From NCBI GenBank assembly GCA_015063985.1, contig SVTC01000005.1, forward strand, positions 52,396 to 116,395: a DNA stretch of 64,000 nucleotides, written 5' to 3'. The translations under genes and the position numbers were made by a program. Within the stretch, counting starts at the first letter, position 1, and each line of letters opens with the position of its first letter. Below, piece after piece: positions 1 to 8,909 of the stretch. The notes under the pieces are model-generated. The model was not told where the DNA came from. It was given only the letters and a program-made list of their open reading frames with translations, and ran no database searches. The stretch comes from Oscillospiraceae bacterium. GTDB taxonomy: Bacteria; Bacillota; Clostridia; Oscillospirales; SIG627.

Positions 1-2
1 TT

Positions 3-293
3 GTGAACGAGAACTGCAAGAACTTTAATTTCAGTCTCTCGGCTGTGCCTGCTGCATTAGCTGATTATATGAAGATCAAGGAAGAAGCACATACCCCCGA
101 AAAGCTGTTTGAGAAATACGGACTTCCCTTTGATATTAAGATTGCGGATTCCAATCCTCAAAAAAGAGATGCGCGCTTGCAGCTTGAATACTATTACTAC
201 TCCACCGACGGATACAGAATAAGGGTGCTCTTCCAAGAAGTACCCAATGGATATTTGGTCAGCGAGGTATCTGCAAAAAAGATAAGTAAATAA
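3..293 (+). CDS. 3' end of a lipoprotein-family paralog; the 5' end lies outside the window
   Basis: The reading frame is open from the window edge. The 96 aa align with the C-terminal module of the 2598-3674 product (..EKLF.K.GLPFD...LEYYYYSTDGYRIRVLFQEVPNGYLVSEV..). Confidence 0.6.
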   Translation: MNENCKNFNFSLSAVPAALADYMKIKEEAHTPEKLFEKYGLPFDIKIADSNPQKRDARLQLEYYYYSTDGYRIRVLFQEVPNGYLVSEVSAKKISK

Positions 294-302
294 GCTACAC
301 AG

Positions 303-339
303 ACCCGTATAGTAAAATGAGCTATACGGGTTAATTTTA
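303..339 (+). terminator. Hairpin terminator after the first partial gene
   Basis: A 10-bp perfect stem acccgtatag / ctatacgggt (303-312 and 322-331) is followed by a T/A-rich tail. The U-tract is weak. Confidence 0.5.
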
Positions 340-393
340 TTATAAATCAAAAAAATATTACTGATTTTTTGATTAATTATTACAATTCAATAC

Positions 394-422
394 TTGACAG
401 TGAGAATAACGCAGTGTATAAT
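394..422 (+). promoter_or_regulatory. Sigma-A type promoter
   Basis: TTGACA (394-399), a 17-nt spacer, then TATAAT (417-422), about 75 nt upstream of the 500 start codon. Confidence 0.65.
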
Positions 423-499
423 GAAATTGCACAATAAGCGGGAGGGTGGTAGTCCTCACTCTTGGTAAAAACCAACATAAAAATTCAAGGAGGTCAAAA

Positions 500-2596
500 A
501 TGAAAAAATTGTTGTCGGTTGTTTTGGTGAGTGTGATCATTTTGAGTGTGTTTACATCGTGTCAAAGCGGTGCTGTTTCAAGCTCGGCTTTGGTAACTGG
601 CGAAAAAACCAAAGAACCAACGAAGGAAAGCACAGAGTCATTGATCACCTTGGAGAAAACACAGGAACAGATTGAGGAGGTTGACCCTGAGACCCTTTTA
701 ACCCCCTCCCAAATGCTTCAGCTCAAGGAATATATGCCGAAGATCGACGGATCTACCTCTCTTATCCCCTATGAAAAGGCAGTGAGAGCCGCTTTATATT
801 CAAAAACGGTGGACGAGGTGGCAGATCAGGTGGTTCATTCCACAACTTGGGGTGCATTTAGTAATTTATTAAACTGTAAAACAGATATTCTTTTAACTTG
901 CCCGATGAGCAAGGATCAGTATCGGAGGTTTGATGAAAAAAACTTTGGAATCGTTGAGACTCCCGTCACCAAGGAAGCCTTTGTGTTTATAGTGAACGCC
1001 AACAATCCCGTTGACACGCTCACTCAGCAGCAACTTAAGGACATCTATTCCGGAAAGATCACAAACTGGAAGGAAGTGGGCGGAAACGATGCCGAGATAG
1101 TTGCATACCAAAGAAACAAGGATTCGGGCAGCCAAAACTTTATGATTGATTTTATGGGTGATACCCCCTTGATGGATCCGCCATCCTTTCAGATCACCGT
1201 TGTTATGGGACAAATGATAGACGTGGTTGCCGATAACGATAACGGAATTAACTCCATCGGTTATTCGGTGTATTCCTATGCGGCGGATATGTATGAAAAT
1301 ATAGACGCTGTTAAGTTTATAAAGGTCGACGGGGTTTTGCCCTGCAAGCAGACTATGTACGACGACAGCTATCCTATTTTGGGGTATAACTACGTGGTTC
1401 ACAGAGACAGCGTTGCAGTGGGCTCCTCTGCGTGGCTTTTCGCAAAATACGCCCTCAGCCCTCAGGCTCAGTTGGCAGTGGCTCAAAACGGCTACGTGCC
1501 CGTCAGCAAAGTGGATTACGATTTCAGCACGGAAAGCCCGGTAGCCAAGGTAGAGATCTATGAGGGAGTTGGAAAGGGCGGAGAGGCTTTAGCAAAAAAG
1601 CCCGAATATTATTATAAAGCAAGTGTTCCTTACGGGGAAAATATTCTTGATCACTTGAAGGATCGGGCGCTTGCCGAAGAGATAAAAAAGACTGTAGATA
1701 AAAAATTTTATGATTACAGTGTATACAACGGCTATCTTTTTGTAACCGGTTACAGTAATTTTGAGCCCTATATTTGGGATCTTTACGGCGGAAAGAGGCT
1801 AAGTCTTGAAGAGTGCTTCTTTGACGGAATTGATGTTGACGAATATATCGGAAGCAGAATATATCTTGGAAATTATGAAGGGGATATGGCGCCCTCGGTG
1901 TTTTCACGCGGTCATAAGGATTGGTGTTTGAGCTTTGAAGGAATCGAATATCTTGTATCCTCCGATATTGCCAATGATCAACTTACGGCGCAACCCATAG
2001 AGCCTGTATACGTTTACCAAGTACCCGCAGATATGCAGGGGCTCTTTGACGATGAGGTGTTGATAGAAAAAGTTAAGATCTCATACCAGTACAATCAAGG
2101 AAAGGTGAAGGTTGAAGGCAGCTATTGCAGTATGCTTTTGCTCAATGAGGATTATTATCCGGGAGCAAAGAAGATCAACGAAAGCGTGAAGAAGTATATT
2201 GCCGAAAATTGTAATGACTATCGTGAGATTGAGGAAGTGTTTGAAAAATATAACCCCGACGTTGCGGAAACCGCAGGCGCTCCTCAATGGTATAACACTC
2301 AATACGATGAAAAAACGGTAGTATTTGCAATGGGTAACTTGGCACCGTATTTAGATGCCCAAAGCTTTTTGGTGTTCGATCTTCAAAGCGGAGAAGCTCT
2401 TGATTGGGAGACTGCACTCTTTAAAGAGGGGTGGAAGGATGCCATTAGCTCAGAGGATCTTAAAATCTATAACAATGCCGAAAAGGTGTATGGAGTAAGT
2501 GATAGTTCAATACGCGTATTTTATCTGATCGAAGGTGAAGCTTCAGTACGTAGCATAGAAATACCCGAGGAATACAGAGTGTATAAGGAGCAATAA
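500..2596 (+). CDS. Lipoprotein with an N-terminal PstS-like periplasmic-binding domain and a large uncharacterised C-terminal region
   Basis: ATG at 500 follows AGGAGG (the ORF track starts at 446). Lipobox signal MKKLLSVVLVSVIILSVFTSC. The motif LKDIYSGKITNWKEVGG is typical of the PstS/PBP-like_2 family. About 400 further residues have no motif I recognise. Confidence 0.6.
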   Translation: MKKLLSVVLVSVIILSVFTSCQSGAVSSSALVTGEKTKEPTKESTESLITLEKTQEQIEEVDPETLLTPSQMLQLKEYMPKIDGSTSLIPYEKAVRAALYSKTVDEVADQVVHSTTWGAFSNLLNCKTDILLTCPMSKDQYRRFDEKNFGIVETPVTKEAFVFIVNANNPVDTLTQQQLKDIYSGKITNWKEVGGNDAEIVAYQRNKDSGSQNFMIDFMGDTPLMDPPSFQITVVMGQMIDVVADNDNGINSIGYSVYSYAADMYENIDAVKFIKVDGVLPCKQTMYDDSYPILGYNYVVHRDSVAVGSSAWLFAKYALSPQAQLAVAQNGYVPVSKVDYDFSTESPVAKVEIYEGVGKGGEALAKKPEYYYKASVPYGENILDHLKDRALAEEIKKTVDKKFYDYSVYNGYLFVTGYSNFEPYIWDLYGGKRLSLEECFFDGIDVDEYIGSRIYLGNYEGDMAPSVFSRGHKDWCLSFEGIEYLVSSDIANDQLTAQPIEPVYVYQVPADMQGLFDDEVLIEKVKISYQYNQGKVKVEGSYCSMLLLNEDYYPGAKKINESVKKYIAENCNDYREIEEVFEKYNPDVAETAGAPQWYNTQYDEKTVVFAMGNLAPYLDAQSFLVFDLQSGEALDWETALFKEGWKDAISSEDLKIYNNAEKVYGVSDSSIRVFYLIEGEASVRSIEIPEEYRVYKEQ

Positions 2597-2597
2597 G

Positions 2598-3674
2598 ATG
2601 AAAAAAAGAAAAACGTTTGCTTTTTTGGCAGCTATGATGCTTTTATTATGCGGTTGCACTTCTCTTCAGACCCGGAGTGCAGAGCAGAGCACCCTCACAG
2701 AAGAGAGTCAAAGCACTGCCGAAAAGGACAGTAAATACGACATACAGACCACAAAGACAGAAAGTATGCTGGAGCATTTCTACGAGGATGCCCAATATCC
2801 CAAGGTGCCTGTGAGCATGGCTACGGAGGAATATCTTGAATATAACGACAGCAAGGTGCCCGCCCTTGAATTTCTCCAAAAATTCGGTATGGGCTACGAT
2901 GCAAGCTATTATCCTTCTTGGAATTACATCAGATATATTTCAAGCCAAGGGGATAACGTGATAGTGAGCTTTTATGAATTTAAGGGAGAGCTTTACGTTG
3001 GAAAGATCCAAGCTGAAAGCACCGAAGGGGTTAAAAAGCTCATTGAGAAGTATTACCCCGATGAAAAATTTCAGGAGCTTGTATTAAAGGACATAGATTA
3101 CAAATATCGCAAAGAGGAAGCCGTGTCGGCAAAGGACGTGTTTTCGGAGTACGGCATACCCTTTTACAAGGGCGCGAATGAAAACAACGAGATTTTGGTA
3201 TATTTCCTTACACCCTTCGGCGGCGAGCGCTTTTTTGCAATTGAAGAAAGTGAAACGGGGCTGATACTGAAGCCCAAGGAGCAGTTCTTTGATCAGGCGG
3301 ACGTTGAAAAGCACACGGCGTACGCCTCTTATCAGGACGACGTTATCCTTAAAAGCAGAGAGCGCCGTGACGTGTTCAAGCTGGTGGAGGAAAGCTGCAA
3401 AAGCTTGGATTTTGACTTTTCTGCAAAGCCAGCCACAATGGAGGAATATTTAAAGATAAGAGAAGAAGCTTACAGTCCCGAAAAGCTTTTCAAAAAATTC
3501 GGATTGCCCTTTGACAGTAATATTGTGGAGAAGGGATTTCACGAAAGGCAGGAAGAGATCGAGCTTGAATACTATTACTACTCCACAGACGGATACAGAA
3601 TAAGGGTGCTCTTCCAAGAAGTACCCAATGGATACCTGGTCAGTGAAGTGTTCAGTGAGAAGATAAACAAGTGA
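2598..3674 (+). CDS. Lipoprotein of unknown function built from repeated ~90-aa modules
   Basis: Signal plus lipobox MKKRKTFAFLAAMMLLLCGC. It starts 2 nt after the upstream stop. Three internal modules share (E)EYL...F.K.G.PF...Y..S..G...V.F.E. The last module is a paralog of ORF 3-293. Confidence 0.6.
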   Translation: MKKRKTFAFLAAMMLLLCGCTSLQTRSAEQSTLTEESQSTAEKDSKYDIQTTKTESMLEHFYEDAQYPKVPVSMATEEYLEYNDSKVPALEFLQKFGMGYDASYYPSWNYIRYISSQGDNVIVSFYEFKGELYVGKIQAESTEGVKKLIEKYYPDEKFQELVLKDIDYKYRKEEAVSAKDVFSEYGIPFYKGANENNEILVYFLTPFGGERFFAIEESETGLILKPKEQFFDQADVEKHTAYASYQDDVILKSRERRDVFKLVEESCKSLDFDFSAKPATMEEYLKIREEAYSPEKLFKKFGLPFDSNIVEKGFHERQEEIELEYYYYSTDGYRIRVLFQEVPNGYLVSEVFSEKINK

Positions 3675-3681
3675 ATATAAA

Positions 3682-3727
3682 AAGGACAACTGCCTTGGGT
3701 TTAGATTTATCCAAGACAGTTGTCTTT
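3682..3727. terminator. Long hairpin between convergent genes (probable bidirectional terminator)
   Basis: aaggacaactgccttgg (3682-3698) pairs with ccaagacagttgtcttt (3711-3727) with two mismatches. It lies between the 3674 stop (+) and the 3727 stop (-). Confidence 0.5.
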
Positions 3728-4818
3728 CATTTTGTGAGCATTTTTTCAAATTGGCTGAGGGTGGTTGAACGGGCGATATACTCGCGTCTTACGGTGTAGG
3801 GATCGTCGGAGGTGTTATAAAGCCTTGAATCGTTCATGGTAACGGCAAAGGAATAATTCTCTTTTGTGAATTTCAGAGCCGAGGAATCGTATCTTCCCGT
3901 GGGGTAGCAAAGCACAAAGGATTCCTTCTTCAAAAGTCGGGCAAGATAGAGTTTGGAGGAGGTCAGTTCCCTTTCCTGTTGCTCGGGGGACACCAGATCG
4001 AGATCGGGATGGGTTGCGGTGTGGCTCTGGAAGGACACAAGGCCCGATCGGGACATTTCAAGTATCTGTTCCTCGGTGAGCTTATTTTTCCACCCCACAG
4101 TGTCGGTTATGATAAAGACGGTTGCCTTGACATTATATTTTTTTAATATGGGATAGAGATAAAGATAGTTATCGTCATATCCGTCATCGAAGGTTAAGAT
4201 AACGGGCTTTTCAATACCGTCCAGGCTTGCCAGATCCTCGAAAAATATGGGGGTATAGCCGTTATCAAGAAGCCAGACTATCTGCTTTTCCATATTCTCG
4301 GGCTTGACGAAAAGCTCTCTTATGCCCCAAACCTCATCGCTTACGGCGTGATACATCAAAACCGGTATTTCAATATCCTCGGGGATGGAGGTTGGGATAT
4401 AGGTGAAAAGAAGCTCGCCTGTTTCGTTAAAGGTCTTAAAGCCCAATGAATTAAGAAGCTCAGTGGTGATATACCAATCTTTGCCGTCGAAAAAGCCGTC
4501 GGCATCATAGCTTCTTCCCTTGAAGTTGAACTTGGCGGTGAAATTCTCTCCGTCGGTAAAAACCTCGTAATCGCAAAGATCAATAAGACGAATATACCGT
4601 ACCCCGTCCTTTTCATAGAGCCTTACTGCCTTTGAGTCAAGATAAGCATCGGCGCAGTGCTCGGGCGAGGCGGGGTAGCTGATCTGAGGGGGTGTCACGG
4701 GGGGAAGCTCGTCCTCGGCGCTTATAGGCGGCGGCAGGGTTGAGGGCTCGGTGTTCTTCAAGGGCGCGCAGGATAAAAGAAGCAGGCTCAGCAACACTGT
4801 GCAAAACAGCTTTTTCAT
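3727..4818 (-). CDS. Polysaccharide deacetylase (NodB homology domain) lipoprotein
   Basis: Lipobox LLLLSCAP. NodB motifs VLMYHAV, ILTFDDGYDDNY and HTATHPDL. The start overlaps the rsmG stop as ATGA (4815-4818). Confidence 0.8.
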   Translation of the reverse strand: MKKLFCTVLLSLLLLSCAPLKNTEPSTLPPPISAEDELPPVTPPQISYPASPEHCADAYLDSKAVRLYEKDGVRYIRLIDLCDYEVFTDGENFTAKFNFKGRSYDADGFFDGKDWYITTELLNSLGFKTFNETGELLFTYIPTSIPEDIEIPVLMYHAVSDEVWGIRELFVKPENMEKQIVWLLDNGYTPIFFEDLASLDGIEKPVILTFDDGYDDNYLYLYPILKKYNVKATVFIITDTVGWKNKLTEEQILEMSRSGLVSFQSHTATHPDLDLVSPEQQERELTSSKLYLARLLKKESFVLCYPTGRYDSSALKFTKENYSFAVTMNDSRLYNTSDDPYTVRREYIARSTTLSQFEKMLTK

Positions 4819-5603
4819 AGCTTTTTCTTCTTTATTTGTGCAAAGGCACGGGGATATTTATCCGGGGTGGGGGCTATCTTTTTTATTATCACAAGATATC
4901 TCTTGGACCGAGCGAATTCCTGCGCTACCGCTCTTTCCTCCTCTGTGAGCTCCAAGCCGTCAAAGCAGTTGGGGGAGAGTGTGGTCTCCTGAAGCCTTAC
5001 AAGCCTTCCGCCCAAAAGCTTGATCGCGTTTTTGGCTTCTTCAAGCTCTGCGGGGGCATCCTTGCCCTTCAGGGCGATAAAGTAGCCGCCCTTTTTCACA
5101 AAGGGAAGACAAAGCTCGCAAAGCATATCAAGCCTTGCCAGAGCTCTGGAAAAAACAAGATCCGCCTTTTCTCTGTGGGCTGAGCCCTTGCAGGCAAGCT
5201 CCTCCGCTCTGCCGCAGAGGCATCTTACGTTATTCAAGCCCAGAAGCCTCACCGATTCCTCAAGAGCCTTTATCTTTTTCTCGGTGGAATCCACCATAGT
5301 GATCTTCATATTTTCCTTTGTCAATGCCAGGGGAAGACCGGGAAACCCGCCTCCGCAGCCGATATCGTAGCAAAGGGGCGCGCGAAATTCTCCAAGCTCC
5401 TCAAGGCAAAGAGGGCTCAGGCTGTCGGCGATATGCTTTAAGGTGACTCCTGCCTCATCGGTCACGGCGGTGACGTTGATCTGTTGGTTAAGGCTCACCA
5501 GCCTTTCATACAGACTCCCGAAGGAGTCCATAAGCTCCTCGTCGGGCTCTATATAGGGGACTGCTCTTCTTAAAAGAGCCTTGCAGTTATGAGAAAGTGG
5601 CAT
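4815..5603 (-). CDS. rsmG: 16S rRNA (guanine527-N7)-methyltransferase
   Basis: SAM-binding motif YDIGCGGGFPGLPLA. It sits directly downstream of mnmG, which is the conserved synteny. Confidence 0.85.
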   Translation of the reverse strand: MPLSHNCKALLRRAVPYIEPDEELMDSFGSLYERLVSLNQQINVTAVTDEAGVTLKHIADSLSPLCLEELGEFRAPLCYDIGCGGGFPGLPLALTKENMKITMVDSTEKKIKALEESVRLLGLNNVRCLCGRAEELACKGSAHREKADLVFSRALARLDMLCELCLPFVKKGGYFIALKGKDAPAELEEAKNAIKLLGGRLVRLQETTLSPNCFDGLELTEEERAVAQEFARSKRYLVIIKKIAPTPDKYPRAFAQIKKKKL

Positions 5604-5610
5604 TTTTACC

Positions 5611-7488
5611 TCACACGATGTTCAGATATATTAAAAGAACGGTGATATCCGCGGGGCTGACACCCGAAATTCTGGATGCCTGGCCGATAGAACGGGGGCG
5701 GAGCTTTTCAAGCTTTTGTGCCGCCTCTATCCTCAGACCCTTGACGTCCTTATAGCAGACAGTGTCGGGAATAAGCTTTTCCTCCAGCTTCTTAAATGCC
5801 CTTGCCTCCTGCTGCTGGCGCTTGATATAGCCCTGATACTTTACCTCTATCTGGGCGCGCTCTATTACCTCGCTGTCAAGCTCGGGGCGGGTCACGTCCA
5901 CGGGGGCAAGCTTTGCGGCATCAAGCTCGGGGCGGCGAATAAGCTCGGAAAGACGCATTCCGCAATCCACGGGGGAGGATGAGTTTTCCGCAAGGATCTC
6001 GTTAAGCCTTTTCGAGGGGGGGAGAAAGGTGGATTCCATTCTTTGGATCTCTTGGTCTATCAGTGCGAAAAGCTCCTGCTTTTTGGCGTAGCGTTCATCG
6101 TCGATAAGACCTGCTCTCCTTCCGTGCCCGATAAGTCGGCGGTCGGCGTTATCCTGCCTTAAAAGCAGACGGTATTCGCAACGGCTGGTCATCATCCTAT
6201 AGGGCTCCTCGGTGCCCTTGGTGACGAGATCGTCGATAAGGGTGCCGATATAGCTTGAAGCCCTATCCAGGATCATAGGCTCCTTGCCGAGCTGATAAAA
6301 GGCGGCGTTGATGCCCGCCACTATTCCCTGAGCGGCCGCTTCCTCGTAGCCCGAGGTGCCGTTGAACTGTCCCGCGCCGTAAAGACCGCGGTGGTTTTTA
6401 AACTCCATCGTGGCATAAAGCTGGGTGGGATCTATGCAATCGTACTCAATAGCGTATGCCGTTCTCATTACCTTGGCATTTTCCAAGCCCTTTATGGAGT
6501 GGAGCACCTTGAACTGAACGTCCTCGGGCAGTGATGAGCTGAGTCCTTGAACGTACACCTCCTTGGTGTCGAGGCCCATAGGCTCAAGGAAGAGCTGATG
6601 ACGGCTTTTATCGGCAAAGCGCATTACCTTATCCTCAATGGAGGGGCAATATCTGGGACCCGTGCTTTTTATCTTGCCCGAATAAAGGGGAGAGCGATGT
6701 ATATTTTCACGGATGATGCGATGAGTCTCTTCGTTGGTATAAACGGTGTAGCAGCTGAGCTGAGGGATATTTTTAAACCTTTCCTTATCGGTGTAATAGG
6801 AGAAGGGGACGGGAGGAACGTCGCCCGGCTGGATCTCGCATTGAGAATAATCTATACTGTCGGCGTGGATCCTTGCGGGGGTGCCCGTTTTAAAGCGCAT
6901 AAAGGAGATCCCCAGCTCCTTTAAGCTGTCGGTAAGCTCGTTTGCGGGGAAGAGATTGTCGGGGCCCGCACTGTAGAAGCAGTCGCCCACCACGATATTG
7001 GCTCGAAGATAGGTTCCCGAGCAAACTATGACCGCTCTTGCCTCGTACACCGCGCCGAACTTCGTCACGAGCTCCCAAAGCTCTCCCTTGGGACGGATCT
7101 TTGTGATCTCGGCTTGGATGAGATCGAGATTTTTTGTGTTTTCCAACACGTTTTTCATATAGCGGTGGTAGGCTCTGCGGTCTGCCTGCTGTCTGAGAGA
7201 GTGTACGGCGGGGCCCTTTGCAAGGTTGAGCATTCTTGATTGGAGGCAGACCGTATCTGCCGCTCTGCCCATTTCTCCGCCCAGGGCATCTATCTCGCAG
7301 ACCAGATGACCCTTGCCCGTGCCTCCTATGGAGGGATTGCAGGGCATATTGCCCACCGCATCCAGACTGAGAGTGAAAAGAACGGTCTCCACCCCCATTC
7401 TTGCGCTTGCCAATGCCGCCTCGATGCCTGCGTGTCCCGCGCCCACAACGGCCGTACCTATGCTTTTACAGAAAAATTCTTCTATCAT
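5611..7488 (-). CDS. mnmG: tRNA uridine 5-carboxymethylaminomethyl modification enzyme MnmG (GidA)
   Basis: 625 aa. FAD motif VVGAGHAGIEAA. Full-length GidA-like sequence, adjacent to mnmE and rsmG. Confidence 0.95.
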   Translation of the reverse strand: MIEEFFCKSIGTAVVGAGHAGIEAALASARMGVETVLFTLSLDAVGNMPCNPSIGGTGKGHLVCEIDALGGEMGRAADTVCLQSRMLNLAKGPAVHSLRQQADRRAYHRYMKNVLENTKNLDLIQAEITKIRPKGELWELVTKFGAVYEARAVIVCSGTYLRANIVVGDCFYSAGPDNLFPANELTDSLKELGISFMRFKTGTPARIHADSIDYSQCEIQPGDVPPVPFSYYTDKERFKNIPQLSCYTVYTNEETHRIIRENIHRSPLYSGKIKSTGPRYCPSIEDKVMRFADKSRHQLFLEPMGLDTKEVYVQGLSSSLPEDVQFKVLHSIKGLENAKVMRTAYAIEYDCIDPTQLYATMEFKNHRGLYGAGQFNGTSGYEEAAAQGIVAGINAAFYQLGKEPMILDRASSYIGTLIDDLVTKGTEEPYRMMTSRCEYRLLLRQDNADRRLIGHGRRAGLIDDERYAKKQELFALIDQEIQRMESTFLPPSKRLNEILAENSSSPVDCGMRLSELIRRPELDAAKLAPVDVTRPELDSEVIERAQIEVKYQGYIKRQQQEARAFKKLEEKLIPDTVCYKDVKGLRIEAAQKLEKLRPRSIGQASRISGVSPADITVLLIYLNIV

Positions 7489-7499
7489 AATTATCCTTT

Positions 7500-8888
7500 T
7501 TATTTACCTACGCAAAAGCGTGAAAAAATATCGTCTACTATCCTTTGGCTGACTCCTCTGCCGTCAAGGGTGTAAAGGCTTTGCAGAGCCTCCTCCAAAA
7601 GGGCGCCGCAGGCATCCTTTAAGCCGTCTGTCAGGGCGGTTTTTGCCTCCTCAATGCAGTCCAGAGCCTTTCGGAGCTGATCTCTTTGTCTTACCGAGGT
7701 GAGAAGCCTGCCCTCGCTGAGAGCCGCATCGTCGGCAATAAAAAGCTCCTCTATTCTTTTTGCGAGCCCATCTATTCCCTCGGCCTTAGCGGCGCAGATA
7801 TATACGCCCTTGCCCAAGGCGGCTTCTATGCCGTGGGTATCAAGCCTTTTTTCAAGATCTGTCTTGCAGAAAACGGGGATCACCGTGCTTTGGGCGTCCT
7901 TCAGGCTTTCAAGAAGCAGCTCGTCGCTTTCGTCCCAAGGCTCGGAAAGGTCGAAAAGTGCAAGTATCAAGCCCTCCGAGATGGAGGATATAAGCTTTTT
8001 CGAAAGGGATATGCCGATATTTTCTATTTCGTCCGATGAGGCTTGTCTTATTCCCGCGGTGTCCTTCAGATTCAAAAGAAGCCTTCCCAGGGTGACCGGG
8101 TATTCCAGAACGTCACGGGTGGTGCCCTTAACAGAGGTGACTATTGCCTTTTCCTCGCCTGCGAGAGTGTTGAAGAGGGTGCTCTTGCCCGCATTGGGCT
8201 TTCCCACTATGACGGTATCTATGCCCTCGGTGATGGCTATTCCCGTCTTGGAGGTCAGGATAAGCCTTGAAATTTTTTCGGCGCACTCCTCTATGGCGGC
8301 AAGAAGCTCATCGTCGCTGATCTCTTCCATATCCTCCTCGGGATAATCTATGGCGGCATAAAGGCTTGAAACGGGGGTCAAAAGCTTATCTGCAATGGAG
8401 TTTATCTCTTGGCTGAGCCTTCCTCTTGCCACCTTGCCCGAAAGATACACCGCCTGCTCGCTTTTGGCGTCCAGAAGCTTTGCAATGCCCTCCGCCTTTG
8501 TAAGGGAGGTCTTTCCGTTTATAAAGGAGCGGCGGGTAAATTCTCCCGCCTCGGCGGGGCTTGCTCCCGCCCAAAGAACCGCATCCAGCACCATGGCGGT
8601 GACTCTCACGCCGCCGTGACAGCTTATCTCGGCGGTATCCTCGCCTGTGTAGGAGTTGGGGGCGGGGAAGAAGGTCATCAAAACGTCGTCTATGATCTTG
8701 CCGTCTACGGCAATAAGGCCGTAATGGGCGCTTCGGGGAACTATTTTTCCCCAGGGCTCAAGACTGTCGGGGTTATTCTTGAAGAAGATCCTTCTTATGA
8801 TATTTTCGGCATCGTCGCCGCTTATTCTTATCACCGATACTCCCGCCTTCATAGGGGCGGTGGAAACGGCGCATACGGTTTTTGACAT
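7500..8888 (-). CDS. mnmE: tRNA modification GTPase MnmE (TrmE)
   Basis: G1 motif GKPNAGKST, C-terminal CVGK tetrapeptide, 462 aa, upstream of mnmG. Confidence 0.95.
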   Translation of the reverse strand: MSKTVCAVSTAPMKAGVSVIRISGDDAENIIRRIFFKNNPDSLEPWGKIVPRSAHYGLIAVDGKIIDDVLMTFFPAPNSYTGEDTAEISCHGGVRVTAMVLDAVLWAGASPAEAGEFTRRSFINGKTSLTKAEGIAKLLDAKSEQAVYLSGKVARGRLSQEINSIADKLLTPVSSLYAAIDYPEEDMEEISDDELLAAIEECAEKISRLILTSKTGIAITEGIDTVIVGKPNAGKSTLFNTLAGEEKAIVTSVKGTTRDVLEYPVTLGRLLLNLKDTAGIRQASSDEIENIGISLSKKLISSISEGLILALFDLSEPWDESDELLLESLKDAQSTVIPVFCKTDLEKRLDTHGIEAALGKGVYICAAKAEGIDGLAKRIEELFIADDAALSEGRLLTSVRQRDQLRKALDCIEEAKTALTDGLKDACGALLEEALQSLYTLDGRGVSQRIVDDIFSRFCVGK

Positions 8889-8909
8889 TTATATACCTTT
8901 CCTTAAGAC

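Noticed and set aside
446-499. The ORF-track start at 446 for the PstS-like lipoprotein (also 13781, 16186, 17202, 28763, 30700, 34486, 36192, 42303, 43622, 46674, 47631 and 62950 for their genes)
   Set aside because: In each case an internal ATG or GTG directly preceded by an AGGAG-type ribosome-binding site gives a canonical N-terminus (signal peptide, Walker or Rossmann start). It also removes overlap with the upstream gene or terminator.
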